Source of the DNA: Catajapyx aquilonaris
Taxonomy: Eukaryota
NCBI GenBank assembly: GCA_000934665.2
Contig: JYFJ02003444.1
Location: forward strand, 1 to 41,703
Direction of reading: 5' to 3'
Length of the DNA: 41,703 bases
Made by a program: the position numbers and the translations under genes. The notes under the pieces were generated by a model. That model was not told where the DNA came from and did no database searches. It saw nothing but the letters and a program-made list of their open reading frames with translations. Below are positions 20,944-36,020 of this stretch, piece by piece (the first letter of the stretch is position 1; each line of letters opens with the position of its first letter).

Positions 20944-23701
20944 AGCACATAGAAATTATAACATTTCTAGAGTGATGACAGATGTCCAATGGATAAGATT
21001 TATGGGCAGCCTAATAATTACCTATTATATCAATTACAATAAGGAGGGCTTAAAATGTATGATTCCAATACTGCTGTGCAGCCAGATATAAAAAAAGTCC
21101 ATATCATGACTGCTGAAAGATAATCATGGACCCAGACACTCAACTAGAAAAACTTACTATAAGGGCTCTTTATAATTATCTCTTATATTTTGTCTGCTTT
21201 CAAAATTCTTGCCAGATCATTAATATTATTTACACTTTTGTCATTTTTCTGCAATAACTGCTATTAAATTCTACTAGCACAAAGCAGGTATGTTGTATGC
21301 ACTTGTGCCCTGGCTAGTTTATATATATTTGTATGCACAATTTTAGTAAAAGGATACATCATATTAAATAAGGTACACCGACCTGTGTATTATTTAGATA
21401 TTGGTTAGGCTACAGTTTATCTTGGGAATGTCACATTCATAGGAAATATGGCTACATTTCCTCCCCCTAGAGACGAATGTGCTTTTGACACCCATGAAGT
21501 GGATGTGGAGCTCACACACTATTTCCTTTGCAGTCCTCTAGGCTAGATGAATCCATCTGATCGTTTCACGATGCTCTGTCCAGAAGGGCATTCCTGCATT
21601 ATATGGTTTCAATACAAGTATATGTCAGTAATGGATTATGCACACATATTACAACAGAACTGAGTAATGTTGTGTAATGGTCCGTACCTTGTCATGAATA
21701 TCAGCAACACATGCCAATACTTCAGACATTCTGCTGCATTTGGTCATGTCCGCTGAGGCCAGTGAACCTTTCACTATGGAAAAGTTTCATACTCTTGAAC
21801 AATGTGCACTTGAGGCTACTAGCTAATACCACACTAATACTGCAGATTACTCTCACCTGCATGTGTGCAAGCACTGAATATTTCAGAAACAAACGCTCTG
21901 GCCTCAGAGTAATCCTTGCCGGGCAAAACTTTGTCAACAAATTTGGGACCTTGTGGGTATCCATCCTCATCTACCTATAAGAAATTTTAAAATACAATAA
22001 TTGAACAAAATAACACTACCCCACCATCAATGATGTATGATTTCGCTGTATAAATCAATCTTGCTGCAAAAAGAGAAGGAATATCCTTACGCCGATAAAT
22101 ATTTTCTTTTCAGAAAAAATCAATGCAAATGTGATTTAGGTGTTTACACCCTTATTTCTACTTCATTCCAGTTAATTTCTTCATTTTCTCAGCGTTACTT
22201 AGATCTTTCATGCACTTTCAATTTTTAAACATATTATAAGAACTGTAGGGAATTAACTTATAAAATACCAAAATAAAAATCAATGCTTACACTGTGAATG
22301 CTTTCCCAGAAGCACAGAGATCGGCACTGTAAAAATGATTTAGAAACTTATCAGTTACAGGATGGTTATGGACAATAATAACTTCAGACTAACTACTGGA
22401 AGTTGCTCTCCCTGATGCGGTACTACACAAGAGTATTGTGTACTGTACTAGATCTATTGTAAACTGCAGTGTTGTGAATTCATGCACTAGTAGTAGAAAA
22501 TACATTTCATTTAATACTTACATCAAGAGAAACGTCAGACGCCTGAAAGCATGTGATTCGGGAAGAGTCAAGCTCTGGTGGAAGCTCTTCAAAGATACTG
22601 CAGCGGTTTGGCTTCATGTTAATAAGAAAATGTGATTAATATTTGTAAACAACAATATGCATCCATAAGACCATAACAGACAATTCTGGCACGCTGTGAT
22701 AATTATATTCTTCATTACCTGATTGCCATGACCATGAGAAAAGCAGAGGAAAATCAGCAGGTACCAAAAAGTGGCCATTTCCTCCAGTGCGTCCAAGTGA
22801 GGGTTGACTCTACATGTGATGGCTGAGGCTTCCTCTCATTATTAACCAGAACTGATAGCAATGAGCGGTGATTACAGATGCTCATTAATTTTGGCACAAT
22901 TATTATCAGTTTCAACAACTAATGAAGAGGTAGTATCACAAACTAGATTATATTTGTAACATTAATAATTATAGTATCTCCTAGCCAATCTCGCACATTA
23001 ATTGCCTTCATTATTGTAAAGGGATGCAGTACACAGTAAATGGGTGAACCTATCAGGATGTAAGATACACGTCATTAGCTTTTAAACTTGTATACGGTTA
23101 TATTTCTGCTAAAAATATCCACCACTCGGATGCCCCATGGTCATAATGCATGATTTATAATTAACAAATGCCACCATTCAAATTCATTGATTTCCTGGCA
23201 AATGTGACTAAGTTGATAAAAGCAAATGTGAATTATCACTTACTACGAAGCACGAAGAGATAATATTAGCAGCACTGTAAAACCGGAAGCCATATACAGA
23301 TAGTGCACAATAACTAATCTGATTATGTGGTCATTGTACATGCTGCAGAAATCTAATCCAATTTTAGCACACATTTTGTCCTATCACCCTGTACAATGCA
23401 AGTCATTTGTTTCAGGAAACACACTGACATTAATTTGGAAAACTACAATAGCAAAATCATATTCATCCACTTTTACGTAAGGCGTTAACAGAGTTCCTGT
23501 TGCAATCACGTCTTGCAAAATGATTTAGTCTGAATCGTACTGGGAAAGAACATGTTTCTCGTGAAAATAAATTTAAAATGACATGGTAGCTCTTAAGGGT
23601 TTGTATTTAGAAACTATTGATGAACAATCTCAACTCTTAACTCATCTGGCTCCTGTTTCTTCTGTATCATATTGTGAAAGTCCTCATTCAATATCCAGTA
23701 T

Positions 23702-23703
<2 letters not shown>

Positions 23704-23766
<63 letters not shown>

Positions 23767-24059
23767 CCGGGTAGTGCTTGACCTCAGGAGGTATATAGCA
23801 CTGACCTTTATTATGTCGTGTACATTTATTGGAACCTTTTTACGCAACGCCTGGGCCCAAAGTGCAGTGCAATGTCGTTGGTGTGGTCATTTTGTGAACT
23901 CCCCCGAGTGGATTAGTTTATAAAAATTCCACCTGAGATGAAGCCAGAAATGGCCCAACTCTGCACGAGATGAAGGAGGGAACCCTGGACTGGGATCGAA
24001 CCTGATGGGACCATAACATCCGTGGGCGCATACGTTACTGCAGCACCACTCCGCCTCCC
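23704..24059 (-). mobile_element. tRNA-derived SINE, family A, with long (ATT)n tail
   Basis: Minus-strand head GGGAGGCGGAGTGGTGCTGCAGTAACG...AGGTTCGATCCC; homologous to 3388-3600; ends in the AAT microsatellite at 23704-23766. Confidence 0.8.
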
Positions 24060-25019
24060 TAGTCAATACTCCCTTATTCACTAATCTTACCCCACCTGTC
24101 TATTTCAGGTGGGGGACAGAAACTTTTGAACGGGAGCTTGTAAGGTCGGTTCTGTCTTGTCTCGGTAATACTTGTTGTTGTTTCACTGCAAGCACTTGGT
24201 GACACAATTTTTGAAAGAAGTGTTATACCTTTTGCTTTGCTGTGTTTGTGACGACAATACCTGAAAGATTCAAAATACAGCAAAATGAATCTTTCCATAT
24301 TTTATGCTTGTCTTCAGCATGTATCATTAAATAGTATCTGGTCAATTGGCTGCTGTCATTTCGCTGCACAGTCAATTTGCTGAGTTCAAATAGGTTGTTG
24401 GACTGTTGACTATGCAGTATTAGGTTATCATAAAATAACACATATTATGGACCAATAGTAGTTAATCGAAAGACATGTAGTACATAAATACCTGTTTATT
24501 ATATCTCCATTACGGTATAACATATAGACAATTTTCTGTACTTTTGGGAGGGTAAGGGTCAACAGGTATTGTCAGATATGCTACATGTGTGTGTGTGAGT
24601 TGTATAATCTGCTTGTAACAAATTTATTAGATGAAAAAATATCTTTGCTATTCTACTCGTAAACATCTGGGGCTGTAGACAGTGCAGCTTATATTACTTC
24701 ACTACACAATCTGCACACAGTTAACCTTGTAGTGATTCTGAGGTTCACAAACTTGTTTTTTAAAATAAGCATGTTTTTCCATAGAATATGGTGATTTCTG
24801 CTGCAAAATAGTCGTGCTCTAAAATGTTTGTTAAAAGCAGATTTCATTGAGACGGGAGAGTGGGAGGGTAAGAGTGAATGGGCACACAATTAAGGCATTT
24901 TAGTTACACAATGTAGGATGAATCTCTTAATTTAGTTTGTTCATTTAACTTGGGGAATATCCTGGCAAAATGTGATTGATGACAACACATCCAAGTTGCA
25001 AGGATGGGACAAGGACGCC

Positions 25020-27853
<2,834 letters not shown>

Positions 27854-29552
27854 TCACCACTTCTTTATGACTCAGCAGCTTGATGATGCTTTACTGATGA
27901 TGATGCCTGTAGTCCTCCACTGGCCTCCTCTGACAACTGTATAAATGAAAGATAATAAACAAAGATAAAGCAAGCAAAAATTTATTCTGCTCTTTTGAAA
28001 ACATTTTGAAATAATAACACACAGAAGGACAAAAAATGTGAATGGAAAGGAGTGCTTGAGCTCCACCATCCCACTTGAGAATATTGATCCTCACAGTAGC
28101 AAAAAAAAAGGTTACAAAAAGCACTACATTGAATCCTAATTCATTGCCTTGAAGAGGTGCTTCATATACCCTGCTTCCTCTCTTTGTGTCAAGTTTGCTT
28201 CAATAGTAAATTTAATTAAAAGTCTACATTTCATGAGGGAATGTTTTTCATCCTGTGTCATTTGGCTTGCCATATAGTGACATACAGAACTCAAACTCTG
28301 CCAATTTCAAATTGATTAGGCAAAACTCAAACTACACCCTACCCCAGGACAGTTACATGATAATACACTCTATAAAACTAGTCCCTGCTGTTGTTAATAA
28401 CTGTTAGGTGACAAGAAATACAACCAGAATGCAGGATTTGCATTGACAATGTAATAATCTCGGAACGATAATACACTGGCAAATACCTGGTGAATCATGA
28501 AATTCCACTGCTGAGATTTCTTGCCTGACTACCCACAGCCAACATCACTCTGTTACAGCACCAAAGCGCAGAATATTGGTCAGGCGAATGATGCAGGCCG
28601 ATGAACCCTGGCCTATGAAATATACCCACACACGCAACACCCTCTTCCCCTACACCCAACTTCTTTGCTCTATTATTTACTCCACCTCGTTTCCTTCCTA
28701 TTCCCCCACCTCATTCTACCCCCTTGAACAAAACCATGCTACCTACTACCCTTCATGTTGGCGCTGGCCTTTTATCAGCCAACGATCAAAATATTGATTA
28801 CACCAGACTGCTGACTCAGCACGCTCTGAATTATTGAAGCGACAACCAACCTTTGGCCAAAGCGGGACCCTTCTGCCACAGCCTTATGAGCATTTTCCCA
28901 CGCAAACTGTCCTGATCCAATTTTAGCCCGGTGGTGACGTTACATAAAAGATACTTGTACCACTACACAAATCAATGCATCTATAATGCCCTTCAGCTAT
29001 ACACTGTAATGATGGTAGGTATTATTACTTTATTAGCAGGTTTGCAATGCTCATAAGTGTGTTAAGCCTACTCAAAGTTCATAAGTTACATACAGTCAAC
29101 ATAGCAAACAATCTCTCTGCAGCAGTTGAAACAATACTGAAATTATTATGACAAAATCAGACCATTCTGGATTTCCATCAACAACAACAGTAAGTGCCTG
29201 CACTTTTCTGCCCTGATCCACATTTTGAGATCCCTGCTACATTCATAATATTTGGTCACATCAACATTGAATGCTCAAAATTGACTCAACAGACTCAAAA
29301 TTGAATTTTTAAAATGTTTACCTATGTTGAATGGAGGGCGGTCCACTACACAAGCGAATCACTTCAAACTACAACTACAAACTACACTGCTGCCTTGCCT
29401 AAATAAAGGTCCATCTGTACATTGCCATAAGGTATGTTCTCAAACAAGTTGATTAAAAACATACCTTATTGGATGTGCAGATGTGGCTTTTTTCGGTACG
29501 AAGATATATCTACCAAAATATATCTACAGTGTGTTCCTACTACTGTGACCTA

Positions 29553-29810
29553 GAGCGACACGGTGGCGGAGTGGTTAACGCCACAGCCTTCCGCCTCTAA
29601 GGTCCCGAGTTCGATCCCCGGGTCGGACGGAGGATACTTATGTGGATAGAGTTTCGATGGGTTCTCTCCGTGTTCGCGTGGGTTTTATCGGGTTCTCCCG
29701 TTTCCTCCCACTATCAAAATCCATCACATTTCAGGCAAATGATTAAAGTCGGGTTTTCAAAAGATGATCCCCTAGGAGGCCCAAGCAGGCCTAACCCAGG
29801 GTATCCATTA
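29553..29810 (+). mobile_element. tRNA-derived SINE with V-domain-like core, family C
   Basis: A box (GGTGGCGGAGTGG) and B box (GAGTTCGATCC), then gttctctccgtgttcgcgtgggttttatcgggttctcccgtttcctcccac, which resembles the V-SINE conserved domain as recalled. A second copy is at 38861-39124. Confidence 0.8.
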
Positions 29811-32800
29811 TATCTGCTGTGTCCATTTCATACCCCTTACTTCAATACCACATTAGGTTGTTGTTTTTTAATACTATTTCTTCTTCCCTTGTCAGAACTA
29901 AATAACCTACAAAAATAAAGTTATTAATTCGGAAGGTCATGCATGAAACCAATATCTTATGTGTATCTGAGTTCAACTTACTTTCAAAATATAATTGGCG
30001 CAAGCACTTTCCATATACATTCACTGACAGAATATTCATATTATCCCCTAAGACTGCAGATGTAATCAACGTACAATGTTATTAATATCCAAAAATGATG
30101 GTTAATAATTTCATGGCAGGCACAGAATCAAGCTATGACCTAGCCTGGAAATATTGATTGAACAAAAAGGTACGGTATATTACGGAGAGGTCACAAGCTT
30201 ACAATCTTGACCATATAAAGCCACTACCTCAAACTTAAACCAACTCTTGTACACCAAGAAGAATAAAAAGTATAAAATTAATTATGCAATTAAAATTTAA
30301 AATTGTTGTATTTTTTATTAGTGTCCAGTAACTGTTCCAAAAATATATTTTGCTGGGCACCTCAAAATTACAACTCCATTTTTAAATACCCAAGTTGTAA
30401 AATATCTGGGCTTGAAAGTTTGCAAATTCGATTTTTTGGAAGGGTTGTCAAATGTCCACAGCAGATGTTACGAACTTTTTAGAATAATTAAAATATCATT
30501 ATATCGTATTTTTATGCCAATGATACATCTCAGAGTGGCAAATTGTTAACTAAAACTGTATGTGTAATTATGTGATCTCAATAGCCAAGCCGCACAATGT
30601 GGCAACACCTCATTGCAATGAAAAAAAATTACGAGCAAATATCCTCATGATCATGCTGATTTCATTAATGGTCACAAATTAAGTGATCAATATGCGCCAT
30701 TACCATAAAATTTAAAATTCTGGGAGCTTCATTGAGCCTACTGTTAACTCTGCCAATTTGCACTCAATGTATAGGCCTACTTTAACTTTGATTTCATTCA
30801 TGTCTAAATTACGATTATTGCTTTAACTGTTCCCAAAAAGTCAATTACTGTCAATAATTCACTGAACACCAACGAAAACTTCGAAAATGCAGCCGAAATT
30901 GGTAAAACGCGCGCCTCTCGGTAAATCGTGCGCAAAGAACAAATTACGCTAGTACAAGACGCATTTGGTTCGTAAAAAATACATTATTCAAGTACCCGTA
31001 CCTGAAGTGCAGAGGTCGCCTGCATCAAATTCCTCTTTCCTATTCCACATGTATCTCCAATTTGAAAATCCAATCCCCGCCTCCTACAGTTCACACGACC
31101 AAAGACGTAAAAGGCAAAACGCAAACGCCATCTTAGTAGTGGGGGGGGGGGGGGGGGGGTNTGTTTACCAATATTGATCAGTTTTTTTTATGTGTGTGTC
31201 GTCGACGCTCAATTTATCGACTTTATTCTGGCGGCCATGCTTGCCAAAAGTGGGCATCCAATTACAGCCGGGCAGAGTCGTAAATAGATGGTCATTACCA
31301 TTCCGTGGCGGGACAGACCAGCATGCAATGCCACAACCATCGACCTTTTTTTAACCATGGCCACAACAATTACCAAAAATGCGCAAAGTGCTACGAAGAA
31401 TTGACAGAACAAGTGATGTTACACGAACGCAGATTTTCCAGATATTCAAAAAGTAGGCGAAACAATTACATCATGCAACAGCATAGTGATAAAAAAAATG
31501 AGAGCGTGAATAAAACTGTCTCTGTAATGAGTTTCCACATTGCAAAAGGTTATAATTTACCTGGATTTTATGGCATCCTGAAGAAGAAGAAAAAAAAAGT
31601 TTCCTCACTATCCGTGATTATTCCGTTTTTTTTTCTTGCTTTTCTAGGAGGCCAATTAAGATTTTTTATCTCTCCCATTTTCTAATGTTATTTCCTGTTG
31701 ACACACGTAATATCTTTTCTCCAGGACCGGACAGAGATCACTCATGCAAGACGAACTACCGCCCACGACGACACAAAATACACACGAAAAAAAAGTCATA
31801 AAATGTGTGGCCTCGTTTTCGATTTCAAATGGTGTGAATGGCAGTCTTGAATCGAAACTTTTAATTGGCTGTGGGTACACAAATTAATTTTAATAATAAT
31901 AATTGATATTAGAAATATGAATATTCCGTACAAAATTGTGGCACCAATAAGGATATCAATATTTTCAAACAATAGTTACAAATTTTCAGTTTAAGAAATC
32001 GACTATATTGAACGGTAATCTGTAAATTGATCACCGGAGTTTCACTCTCAAAAGGCACTCAAGAGGCACTTTCCATCCGCTCTCCATTAAAATTGACAAA
32101 GTTTGTAGGGGTTGAATAAAAAGTGGTTCTCAGTAATTATTGTGAGCATTGTAACACAATTAAGCTTTGTTGATCACGAAATTCATTGGGAGAAAATATC
32201 AAAATAAAAAGCACTTGCGTTTTAGAAGTGCAGGCCATTTTAGAGAAGGAGGAAATCCTGTTGTCCTAAAGAAGGCAAAGGCAAGGGGCGAATGGGATGG
32301 TGAAAGGAAATCACAACAATTGCGTGAGAGCCTGAGACTGTTCTCTTCCCACGACCCAAAGCCTCTTCATTTCACAAACCCAACATCACCAAAGTTCCAT
32401 CTCAGGAGAAAATTTTTCTCCTACTTTCACTTTTCAACGACATGCTTTATCGGCCAACTACTGGTAATGTGTTATCCATTTTTTCCACTCCTCTCCGCCC
32501 GTTACATCCCCCCAAGGGCCTTATACATATACTCATTCAATCGTGACATAATGCCCATTTCACTCGTCGAAGGAGGTTGAATAATGTTTTCTATTTTAAT
32601 TGTGCACTTTTTCCTTTCACTAGATTTCCTTATTGTTTGACCTGCGTAAAAACATTGTTTTGCTCCTAATCTCAAGCTATTGTTATACATAATCTGATGG
32701 TCTTACATGAATGTAAGTAATATGGAGTGTTTTCAAAATCCCACAGAGGTTAGTAATAGCATAAATTAAATACACTTAAACAAATTATTAATAACTAATT

Positions 32801-34392
32801 GCCAATTGACTGTACAATGTGATGCAAAATGCTGATATCTTTCATGTACTTTGATGTATTTATAACTTGTTGAGATTAATGAGCATGAAATGTACTGCTC
32901 ATTGAGCATTACGTCATAATGCTGAGAAGGCCAGTTGCAATAAGCACATATTCAGTTTTACCCAAACTCTCAACATGTATGCCTCACTGCCCATGCATCC
33001 CAAAATCAGATTCTTCTAACGAGTGTTCCAAATTACTGTTTCTGCCATGCATAGGTTTATGTACCTGAACAACGCCAGGCAGGACAAGTGACTTATCTCC
33101 ATGTTTTAGGAAATGTATGTCTGTTACATAAGCATGTCACCTTACTATTAGAGCATGTGTGGTATGCACTTTCCCTCTTCCGCTGCAGCAAGTGTATGCA
33201 TAAATGTGATAAACAAGCACGCCCTAACTGACTAATCCGTAGGTTTAATCTCGGTAACTTCATTGCACTCTTAATAACTGACACAAGCAACATAATTCAA
33301 GGTGTACTATGACTGAATGACAATAAATGTTACAGTAAGTACAACTTACTATACGCATCTGAAATTAGGCCTATTACTGTTCATGTTTGGCTATTCCTAA
33401 TAAAAATGATTTAATGCAATGAAACCTATCTCTAACAGACCATGAATAAATCAAGAACTTTCCCATTATGGAACTTCATTCACTTCCAGCAAGAGATTTT
33501 CATTGTATTTCTGTTGCATATAATGGAAACCTGTACAGTACAGAAATGTTTTCAGAACAAAGGGACTCCACTTTAGACAGGTTTCCCTTACAACCATGAG
33601 ATCACAGTGCCAAAAAAAAAAAGTGAGAGAGGGAATATTACGAAGACTTGTAATGCAAATGGCAAATATGACCCCAAGTAGAACATACTCCTTATCACAA
33701 TCATTAAAACTAAAGAAATTTATGAAAATAATTTTACAAACCCTGCATCGTGCCAAAAAGGTTGGCAACTACATTCAAAGTACTTCATCATGTTTGATAG
33801 CATATTTACTAACAACATAATCATTTATTAAAAATGCCTCCAGCTGTATGTGCATTCATGATGTGGTCACACCATATTCACTGACATAAGACTACACTTA
33901 CTCATTTGCATATTTTGTGTGGTCACGGAGCACTTTGTTGTCCATAGAGCAATTATGAGCTATGTCTAATGCACAATAACTTCAATGCAAGATTTATTCC
34001 TGTCTTCTAAGTACTAGCTTAGGATGACATGACTCACAGCAGGCATAACTTAAATATCTGTTGCATAAACCAGGTGTAAAAATGGATCCATTGTCACTAT
34101 TCATTGCCTAACATCCCCTAAAAATTGGCATGGCCCACCAACATGGTGGAGGAAGTGGTCAAGACTAAGGGAGAAGCATAAGGGTTTCCCATGAGAAGCA
34201 GCCGGGAGGTGTGGGAGTGACACTCTGATGGGCAACTAGCTCTCTCTGCATTGCACTGGGGGGACAAGGCGGTAGAGATGTGGGGTGGATGGAGAGTGTG
34301 GAGGGGGGAGGGGGACAATGTCTAGAGATGGTGGGGGGTGGGGAGAAGGTAGACGCACCAGCAAACACTTTCCAGTAGGAAGCAGCCACACA

Positions 34393-34430
34393 TATATAAA
34401 TCCAACACAACATCCCAAAACAAGTCAGTT
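34393..34430 (+). promoter_or_regulatory. TATA box and arthropod initiator
   Basis: TATATAAA at 34393-34400 and TCAGTT at 34425-34430 (about 30 bp apart), about 55 bp upstream of the ATG at 34482. Confidence 0.8.
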
Positions 34431-34481
34431 TTCCACACTCACCACATCCGGATCTGTAGAGTGCATCCAAGTGCAGCAGCA

Positions 34482-35719
34482 ATGGCCCGCCTTCTGTTGG
34501 CTCTAGTGTTGGTAGCTGTGGCAGCTCCTCTGGTGATGGGAGGGGGCCAGTACAAGTACGGGTACGGGTTCAAAATTGCCCACTACTCCCACGGGCACAA
34601 GCATGATGAAGGGCAAGGCGAAGGATATGCATACACCCATGCTCATGGAGAGATTGAGGTGAGTAACACTCCTATAAAACAAGTGGAAACAAAAAAAAAG
34701 GTGGTAATAGTGGTGTGAATTATGTTCTGTACATGAGGCACAGTGTTAATTAAGGCAAGCAATTCAGATTAATTACAACAAAAAATATTTTATGCTTCAT
34801 GCAATACATTAGCCACAGTAAACACTGATATGTATAGAAATCTGGATAAGCCTATCAACAATGATGCTAATGAGTTGTACAGGTTCATTTTCTCATTACT
34901 GGCTACTGTTACAGCAACTGTAATCACTTGAGGAAACTAAATTTTCGAAAAATTTACTTTACTTGAGCACATGCAAAGACTGTTCCAGCGGTAGGCTGCT
35001 AGAATTTCAAATTTCCCTCTTAGGATTAAAAAAAATTATATCAAAAATGTGACAGATGATAAATATCACAGATTTGCCCATATTTATATTTTACTACAAC
35101 TGTTTCTTTCAAATATGTACCTTCATATCAGTGGGCAATATCAATGCACAAAATTTAAAATGTCAATTGATTTCTTAAACAACTGGTATATATATTAGCA
35201 TGAAATATTACTTTGGACCCATCATGTCAATGTAAAATATGAAAATCCTTGATTATGTATTGTGACTCCTGATAGATAATAGGATATTTTACTTATTTGT
35301 GTTGATACAATGAAGCATTAGTATCCATGCTAATTTCAATTGCAAAAACTCTTTATAAATAATACCATTATAGTATTTTGCCAAAATAATATTAGACTAA
35401 CCTAACGCCCATATAAAACAAAAATAATGTAAGAAATTTCTCACCATCTGTTTCTTGTCTTCAGGATGAGCACAAAGTGATTCCAGTTGTCCACAAGATC
35501 CCCGTGGTCCACAAGATTCCAGTGGTGCACAAGATCCCTGTGGTTCACAAGGTCCCTGAGGTCCACAAGATTCCAGTGGTGCATAAGATTCCTGTTGTGC
35601 ACAAGATACCAGTGGTCCACAAGGTCCCAGTGGTGCACAAGGTCTACGCACACACTTATGGACATCATGGAGGCGATGACTACGGAGATTACGGCCATGG
35701 AGATTACGGCCACCACTAA
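34482..35719 (+). CDS. secreted His/Val/Pro-rich low-complexity protein, probably cuticular, 2 exons, 143 aa
   Basis: Exons 34482-34658 and 35465-35719 (phase 0). Signal peptide MARLLLALVLVAVAAPLVMG, Gly/Tyr/His-rich N-terminus, nine [IV]P[VE]VHK repeats and a GDYGH tail. TATA/Inr upstream, AATAAA at about 35940. Confidence 0.88.
35480..35641 (+). repeat. 18-bp coding tandem repeat x9
   Basis: Units like ATYCCNGTKGTNCAYAAG, varying mostly at third codon positions. Confidence 0.9.
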
Positions 35720-36020
35720 GAATGCGCAACTGTCCTTACGCTCTTACTTCATGCCTGGATTTGACCCCTGATCTCTAGTCCACTTCTGTTTTTGGTGTCC
35801 CAATGAATGTTATTCACATGCACAAGCCAAAAAAAAACACTTGTACAACTGCCACCAGATTGAAAAATAAGAGGCAGCCATGCTTTCAAGCCAAGAACGG
35901 TATTCATTTAATATTCCCTATACACTCAACCCTACAAGAAATAAATAAACTCCTAACTTCCCTATAAAGAGCCACAAAAAAATTTCCTGAGATTCCCTTA
36001 ACTTAAATTGTTTAACAATC

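Noticed and set aside
35397..35771. Alternative-frame and antisense repeat ORFs; CRISPR-like array
   Set aside because: They are shadows of the 18-bp coding repeat. There are no unique spacers, the context is eukaryotic, and variation is synonymous in the IPVVHK frame.
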